Assembly: GCA_976551045.1 (NCBI GenBank)
Contig: CDPCPM010000133.1
Coordinates: 2,356,001-2,420,000 of the forward strand
Length of the DNA stretch: 64,000 bases
DNA from: Glaucostegus cemiculus
Lineage: Eukaryota
Direction: 5' to 3'
Below are positions 57,341 through 64,000 of the stretch, piece by piece; the stretch's first letter is position 1, and the number at the start of each line of letters is the position of its first letter. The notes beneath the pieces were generated by a model, which saw only the letters and a program-made list of their open reading frames with translations, made no database searches and was not told the origin of the DNA. A program made the position numbers and the translations under genes.

Positions 57341-57514
57341 TAATGAAATACCAATATTGTAACAATTGGAAAAACCAAGCCTGAGATTCAATATAGTATT
57401 CGTGATACTTGAACAATTCTTTTTTCATTTGGTACTTGCCAGCTAATCTGATCAAGGCTCATTTGATGAACATCACACATATGCCAAATATGCAAGATGT
57501 GGTCAAACAATGGA

Positions 57515-58092
57515 CACAACGGCAACCTCCATTTATATAGCACTGTTCACCCTGTAAAACTGACATTCCAAGTCACATCAGCATAAAGTTGATACTGAGC
57601 CACATAGAGAAAAAGGCAGCTTTTTAAGGATCTCTTAAGGGAGCAGAGAGAGACAGAATGGCTTAGGAAAATAATTCCATACCAGCTGAGCTGCCAAAGG
57701 AAGTGGTTGAGGCAGGTCCAATAGAATCATTTAAGAAGCACTTGGATAGGCACATGGTGGGGACAGGCTTGGAGGGATAAAGGCCAAATGCAGGAAATTA
57801 GGACAAGCTGGGTGGACAAAGTGGTCGGCATGGACTAGTTGGGCCAAAGGGCCTGTATCCGTGCTGTATTGCTCTATGGCTCTACATTAGGACTCAGGCA
57901 ACTAAAATCCCTCAAGTATGGTGGCTTGTGATGCAGCAAATAAAATTAGAGCCAGGACAAGAGGCCAGAATTGGAAGAGTGCAGACTTTCTATGCCGTAG
58001 GGTTGGAAAAGGTGACAGAGATTGGAAAAACCAAGATGAAGGAGGGATTTGAAAACAAAGCTGGGAATTTGAAATCAAGAATTTTAAAATCA
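57515..58092 (-). mobile_element. L2-clade LINE 3' end, interrupted by a CR1 insertion
   Basis: The + strand shows CAAC..CATTTATATAGCAC (reverse L2 tail), TTTTAAGGATCTCTTAAGGGAG, and after the insert AAGAGGCCAGAATTGGAAGAGTGCAGA and GGAGGGATTTGAAAACAA (reverse of the L2 ORF2 C-terminus). Confidence 0.75.
57685..57884 (+). mobile_element. Short CR1 3' end nested in L2
   Basis: GAGCTGCCAAAGGAAGTGGTTGAGGCAGG...GGGCCAAAGGGCCTGTATCCGTGCTGTATTGCTCTATGGCTCTA, homologous to 50750-50925. Confidence 0.9.
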
Positions 58093-59199
58093 CCCCTCCA
58101 GAATTCCCCTTGCTATGTAAAACAAAATAATTCCACTGAGTTTTTTAACATTGAGTAATTGATACATAAAATATGACTTCATTTGTTCTGGAGTGAAATG
58201 AAACAGAACAGCCTTGAAAGCAGAAAATTAAGCGTTGAGTTTGTAAAATGGTTCAGGAATATAGTTGTTGGAAAATGAAGCTTTTGTGACTCCCAGCCAG
58301 CAGATTCCTAATCCCAGAGTAAACGTTGGCATCTTCTTCCTCATTAGCCCGTAACTGTCACTCTCAGTTTCTGTCTCCTGTGGGCTACAAGCTCGTGAAC
58401 ATCCTGGATACTTTGCCAGACCACCTCTCGTGTTGATACCCACAGCAACCTCTCCTCTCAAAAGTTAAATATCTCCTTCCCTAAAGGAGTGTTGTCCATA
58501 ATATTATCATTCTGTATGTGATATAAGAACTTTGCACCCACAGTATTGTGTTATATTATCTTAGTAAAACTTGTTCCATTCTTCATAGCTTTACTGTTTC
58601 TATACAGATAAGAATGGTGTACCACGTAATATGCATTTCCTAAACAAAACTGAAAATTACATAAGAATGACTTGAAATAGAACAGAAAATTCTAGCCTTT
58701 CTTAATGGTGATTGCCTTTCCAAAGTATTTACCTTTATTTAATTTCAGGTTCACTTGGTTTGTGATGAATAAGTCACACTATTATATTACATAAGATACA
58801 CAGATTTTGATCAGCACTTCTGTAATCAGGATCAGTAATTCTCCTCTCCCACAAAATCACTAAGCAATGGTTCGTACATATTTTAATCAGTTGTGATAAT
58901 TATAAGGAACATAATTATAGCAGAATATTCAGGTATTAGATGTTTATATTGGATGTGTATGTTCGGCAAGACAACTGAATGCGAAAACACTAACTGCTGG
59001 GAGTCCACTACAGCTCAGTAAACATATGAAAAGCTTGTGAACATTTCAGGTGTAGTTTTCCCCAAAAGGGAAACAGAAAAAGCATTCAAACTTCTTTATT
59101 GGTTTGCAAGTGAATAAAATGCTGAGCAGGTGGAATATATTGAAAAATGCTTGACAGTGGATCAGGGAAGTGTTAACCAGTTTAAAAAGGTATCTTACC

Positions 59200-59355
59200 C
59201 TACTCCCCTTTCCCCTGTCTACTCTATCATGAACCATACATTGAAGATCAGTCTCCAACTTCCAGTTCTGAAAAAAAGGCCATTGATGTGAAACATTCAC
59301 TTTGTACTGAGTCCACTGAGTGTGCCCAGTATTCTGTTTATATTTTACTCCAGGC
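59200..59355 (+). mobile_element. Highly decayed Penelope-like terminus
   Basis: CAGTTCTGAAAAAAAGGCCATTGATGTGAAACATTCACT...CCACTGAGTGTGCCCAGTATTCTGTT has the same layout as 56345-56495. Confidence 0.45.
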
Positions 59356-60449
59356 ATAGTGTCCCCACTGCTGAGTGATGTGTTGTGCATGATTTACATG
59401 TAACTGTCCTCAACACACTGCATTTTTTCTACTTCTGCTTGGAGAAATTCTAGTTTCTGTTTCCACCACTCTATGCACATTAAGTATTTTCATTAAATTG
59501 GCTTTGTTTGCACTGAGTCATATGCCCTACTGTACTCCACCCTACCAACCTCATTAGCTGACCTAATGTTGTCTTTAAGCACCCTGTCTAAATAATTAAT
59601 CTTGTGAACAAATTGTCTCATTATTGGATCAAGTTATTTCCCCAAGTTTGAACACACAGTGGCTGCTCCAGGACTAGGAAGAACGCTGACCTAGAACCAA
59701 GAAGGGTCTTTCCCAATGGATTGGGAAAGAGGAATTTGAATTAGGCAGCATATAAAGAGACACGGGTGTGTGTTCTTAATGTTATATAATAAAAATATGC
59801 AAACAAACATCCAGAGCCTTTTTAAATGATAATATCAGATTTTTTTGATTATTAGGAGCAGTGGGAGAGAGGATGAGAGGGTGTTCCTTTGTTTCCCCTT
59901 CTGTGCATGCCCCAGGTGGCAAATTAAAGTCCAAGACCCTCCTGCACAGTGGGTAATAGAAGCAATGTTCTTATCCAAACACTTAGGTGATGAGCGAAGG
60001 GTGTGTATTTACAATGGAAGTTCAACAACCTTTACAAGACCATCAGAAATGCAGTAGCCTCTTTCTGCCTGTGTTAATTAAGCCATCTTGACTGACAATT
60101 TCTTTTGCTCCCAAGTTTTCCTGTAATTCTCTCCTTGTCATGCAGGAAGATGCGTCATCTGCATCTCTTACATACTGCCACAGGGTGGCAGCAGCAGTAC
60201 TAGTTCCGCTGTCCTCCCCTTGACACTGGTCACCAGCTTTCTTCATTGAAAACTGACAGTTTTATACGAAGAGATTGCGTTTTTTTTTTCTCTTACTCCT
60301 CTTCATCCACAAGGGGGTGACTGTTCCTCATGGGAGAGTGATCTATAAGCAAAGCCATCTTCTCAATAATGTGCACATTCTAACATGTTGCCCAGGATGA
60401 TGAGTGCTTGCAGACGATTACACCAGAGTGGCTTCACAGTTGAACCCAA

Positions 60450-61098
60450 CAATATAGAACATAGAAAAACTACAGCACAATTCAGGCCCGTCGGCCCACA
60501 AACCTGTGCCGAACATGTCCCTACACTAGAAATCACTGGGCATTCCCATAGCCCTCTGTTTTACTTAGCTCCATGTTCCTATCTAACAGTCTTTTGAAAG
60601 ACCCTATCAAATTCACCTCCACCGCCGTTGCCGGCAGCCCATTCCACGCACTCACCACTCTCTGAGTAAAAAATCTTACCCCTGACATCTCCTCTATATC
60701 TACTCCCCAGCACCTTAATAAAACTATGCCCTCTTGTGGCCACCATTTCAGCCCTGGGGAAAAGCCTCTGACTATCTACCCGATCAATACCTCTCATCAT
60801 CTTATATACCTCTATCAGGTCCCCCCTCAATATCCTTCTCCCCAAGGAGAAAAGGCCGAGTTCCCGCAACCTGCTCTCATAAGGCATGCTCCACATTCCA
60901 GGCAGCATCCTCGTAAACCTCCTCTGCACCCTCTCTATGGCTTCCACATCCTTCCTGTAGTGAGGCGACCAGAACTGAACACAATACTCCAAGTGGGGTG
61001 TGACCAGGGACCTATATAACTGAGGCAATACCTCCCGGCTCCTAAATTCAATCCCGCGACTGATGAAGGACAATACACCATATGCCTTCTTAACCACA
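60450..61098 (-). mobile_element. Young 5'-truncated CR1 LINE
   Basis: The 172-aa ORF VKKAYGVLSFISRGIEFRSREV...HLEYCVQFWSPHYRKDVEAIERVQRRFTRMLPG is the CR1 ORF2 C-terminus. The 3' UTR and (TTCTATG)-like tail lie at 60450-60470. Confidence 0.95.
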
Positions 61099-61149
61099 TC
61101 TTCAACTGTTTGGCTGAGTTATTCGAATTGAGTAACTTTACCTACAGAG

Positions 61150-61300
61150 TAGCAGGTATCTTGGAGTGAGTTACAGGCTGGGATCTACTTGTAAGGATCA
61201 GGTGGTTTATATTTAGAATAATAGGTTATTCTAATAATATTCTAAAAATATAATAACAGGCTAGAATCTAATCAAAAATGTTTGAAGGGAGTTTATAGAA
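61150..61300. repeat. Decayed remnant of an elasmobranch minisatellite-like repeat
   Basis: GGAGTGAGTTACAGGCTGGGATCTA...GGTGGTTTATATTTAGAATAA with a second partial copy ACAGGCTAGAATCTAATC...GTTTATAGAA. The family was recognised from memory only. Confidence 0.45.
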
Positions 61301-61309
61301 AAGGGATAT

Positions 61310-61735
61310 GTGCATTTTTAAAACATATTTCATAACAGTAAGTCCCAAAGTGGTCAATGAAATACTTTTGAATTGTAGTTACTGTTGTAATGCAGGAAAT
61401 AGAGCTGGCAATTTGTACAGAGCAGGATTCCATAAGCAGTATTTTGATAATGACCAGATTATTTGTTTTTAGTGAAGTTGTTTAAGGATAAGTATCGCCC
61501 AGGCCAAGTAATCACCTTGCACTCCTTCCAATAAAATTGTGGGATCTTGAATATCAACCTGAGAGATCAGGTGGGACCTGGGTTTATGATCGCAACAGGG
61601 AAACATCCCCTCCTAAAGTACCTCACTCTCTAACCACTGGGCTGAAATAGAACCCGAGATTTTTGTGGTTGTGAACTTAATCTATAACTCCTGACTCAAA
61701 GCCAAAATGTGCTAATAAATAGAAGTTTGGCTGAC
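61310..61735 (-). mobile_element. DeuSINE (SacSINE1/AmnSINE1-related) ancient SINE
   Basis: The + strand TGTAGTTACTGTTGTAATGCAGGAAA...GATAATGACCAGATTATTTGTTTTTAGTG...GGGATCTTGAATATCAACCTGAGAGA matches the reverse of the Deu domain. A decayed tRNA-like head lies near 61680-61735. Confidence 0.75.
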
Positions 61736-62199
61736 ACCCTCTACTGGGTGGAGAGTTCCAGACTGGGAGTTAATTGTTTCCTAACAACTGCAGCTGAAAA
61801 GTCAAACTGTTTCTACCTATTAAATTCAAATCATGCTTTCTTATTTAATATTATTTTAAAAGTGTGAAATTCCAAAGCTGCTTGGCTTGTAATATAGTAA
61901 TATTGATGAGGTATTACATTTAAATTTCACCCCATGCTGCCTTATATCAGTGCACTGTTCTATTCTCAGTTGAGGATGTAAGTTGCTGCTCTTCGTGGGG
62001 AACTAACCTGGAGGTGGTGGGATTGGGCTTTGGGGCAACTCCTTTGTCTTTCACCTACTCTTGCATGAAATAAAGTTTCACTATAGGTCTTATCTGTCCC
62101 AGACACCATTCTTGAGAACTTCACTCCTGAAACAATAATGATAGAGTGATACAGGGATATTGTAGCACTGGAGGCCAAGGTAGGTCAATGAGCCACAGG

Positions 62200-62760
62200 A
62201 CTTGGTGCAACTTAAGATCTGGATAGCAAAGTCTGGGTGGACTTGAGTTTATAGAAGTTGGAGGTCACCCAGAAAGCAAGTCTATATGTAACGAATGTGT
62301 GTGTGATGATTTCAGCAGAGCCGAGCTGAGATAAGGTCAGGCATGGGTGATGGTATGGAAGTGAAGACCAGCTGGGGATAATGGAGAGAATATGGAACTG
62401 CAGGCTTGCCTCATCAAACACAATACAAGGTTGTGAACAGTCTGCTGAATCTCAAAGTCAAAGTCAGGGTCAACAGGCTACCCTAGAGTGGGTATTGTGC
62501 AACAGGCTACCCTAGAGTGGGTATTGTGCAATACCCTAGAGTGGGTATTGTGCAATAAGAAAGTGAGTTAATAATCTTGTCAGGCAGGGTCTGTTGGGAA
62601 GCAGCAAACAATGGCCAGGGTGAGAGGGATGTCCAGTGTTTGCAAACATGGTTTGTGGCAACGACCAAAATACTACCTTTGGTTTTCCTGAGATTTAGCT
62701 GAAATTCAATACTGGAGTCCAACTCCTGACACAATATTTGCTGAAGTCTGTAACTTTTCA
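62200..62760 (-). mobile_element. L2-clade LINE ORF2 fragment
   Basis: FQLNLRKTK (cf. FLQLNIGKTE), FDEASLQFHILSI (cf. FDPEMSFRPHIRSI) and SAEIITHTFVTYRL (cf. AAETLIHAFVTSRL). Confidence 0.75.
62471..62557. repeat. Short tandem repeat, 29/29/24-bp units, inside the L2 fragment
   Basis: CAACAGGCTACCCTAGAGTGGGTATTGTG twice, then CAATACCCTAGAGTGGGTATTGTG, then CAATA. Confidence 0.95.
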
Positions 62761-63119
62761 CAACAGAATGGGATTCATTTTTTACCTGTTCACACTCTTA
62801 TGATAAAGTGACCCACCCATATTGATAGGAAAATGTTACTAATGTGACGCAGTAACTCTGGAATGAAGTGCACCTGTTTCATGGAGTTTGTGTTCAGTGG
62901 TGGATCTTACATAATGCATATTGTGTGCATTTACTCATTCAGCCTCTTCATAGAGCTGGGTGACCTCAGAGAAAGCTACCGGCTGACATATTTCTCCGTG
63001 ACCACAAACACAATGGAGTCATGCTTCAGAATTTCAGTTGCACATTGCTCTCTACATTATTCAGCCCTGGCCAGTTAACATCCAGGAAATATTGTCCCAC
63101 AGCCCACTTGGGGAATATA

Positions 63120-63220
63120 AATGGAAAACATTCAGCAAACCAGGTGGCAATTGGGAAGGAGAAACAGAGTCAACACTTCAGGTGGAAGACTCTTTGTCAG
63201 ATTTGCAACATCTGCAGTTC
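63120..63220 (-). mobile_element. Decayed Penelope-like terminus
   Basis: Minus strand TCTGACAAAGAGTCTTCCACCTGAAGTGTTGACTCTGTTTCTCCTTCC...TGCTGAATGTTTTCCA. Confidence 0.5.
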
Positions 63221-63299
63221 TGAGGCTTTCACCTCCCGGGGAAGGTTGTCATTTCTGATTACATGAACTAAACAAATCCCTGGGCTTGGGTGAGCCATT

Positions 63300-63695
63300 C
63301 CCAGGACACAAAGGGTTAACTTATAAGCGCTAGTGGCATGCACCTGGCTTACATTCCCTTGAATTTTGATGATGGAGGTATAATTGATTGCGGTGTTTAA
63401 ACGAGAAAAAGATTTAGAACGGTAGTTGAAAAGATACTGCCACTTTATTAAAATAAGAGCCAGTAAGTTGATGGGTGATATCAGTAGAACTTTGTCACGG
63501 TGTAGTTATAATTGGGAACTCAGTTCTACAAAAGACTGAAGATATTAAAATATAATTGGAGATTTTAAAACTAAATTCTGCATACTTTGGTTGAGGGGGA
63601 GGACAACATTGTGGAGTAGGAACTGCTAAAGGGAAGTTAAGGCTGTGATATAATTAAATGACTGCACAGGCTCAGGGCACGCGTATGTCCCATGT
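63300..63695 (+). mobile_element. Very old CR1 3' fragment
   Basis: Residual CR1 ORF2 end and 3' UTR motifs (CCCTTGAATTT, AAAATAAGAGCCAG, TGGGAACTC, ACAGGCTCAGGG). Confidence 0.5.
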
Positions 63696-63936
63696 AGAGG
63701 ACAGTATTTTAACATACATGAGGTAAACGAACATGAGCTGATATCTGGTGTTGAGCTTGGATTTTAAATGGTAGTGTAGACTTTCTTACAAAGGACTGCC
63801 CCTGAAATATCCTGCCTCTCTTCCCCACGGGTGCTGCCTGACTGGCCACTATTTCTGATTTTGGTTCTGATTCTGGCTGCTGATTTCTTGAAGAATGAAA
63901 CATTCTGTGAGGCAAGTTGTCTGTGTCATTTAAAAA

Positions 63937-63967
63937 GGGTGGTGGGGGGGGGGGGTGGGGGGGGGGG
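63937..63967 (+). repeat. Poly-G tract (G-quadruplex-capable)
   Basis: GGGTGGT followed by two G runs of more than 10 nt separated by one T. Confidence 0.9.
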
Positions 63968-64000
63968 TCTCTGAAGATTGGGAGGAACAAAAGAATGATT

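Noticed and set aside
58228-58344. MRKKMPTFTLGLGICWLGVTKA as the mucin signal-peptide exon
   Set aside because: It is signal-like, but there is no credible splice donor before the in-frame TAA.
60436-61109. 9-bp inverted match (ACAGTTGAA/TTCAACTGT) flanking the young CR1
   Set aside because: Too short to exclude chance. LINEs make direct, not inverted, duplications.
50271-63990. Remaining short ORFs in 50-64 kb as host genes
   Set aside because: They map to decayed CR1, L2, SINE or Penelope sequence, or have no recognisable features.

Overview
Vertebrate genomic DNA, very probably a cartilaginous fish (inferred from the CR1, L2, V-SINE, DeuSINE and Penelope repeat complement). About 77% of the window is one apparently uninterrupted minus-strand coding exon of about 49.4 kb (inferred 49808->360, phase 1/phase 1, 16,483 codons). 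It encodes a Ser/Thr/Glu/His-rich mucin domain made of 28 near-identical tandem units (spacings 1848, 1830, 1320 and 1023 bp, all in frame), followed by an 8-Cys EGF-like domain resembling EGF1 of MUC3A/MUC17. The exon ends at a GTAAGT donor, and the expected SEA/TM exons would lie outside the window. Positions 49.8-64 kb are the upstream intron, filled with decayed retroelements. No signal-peptide exon was found there, only a candidate 28-nt micro-exon. The many + strand ORFs over the array are antisense shadows. Repeat family calls come from motif recognition, not a database search, and their boundaries are approximate.
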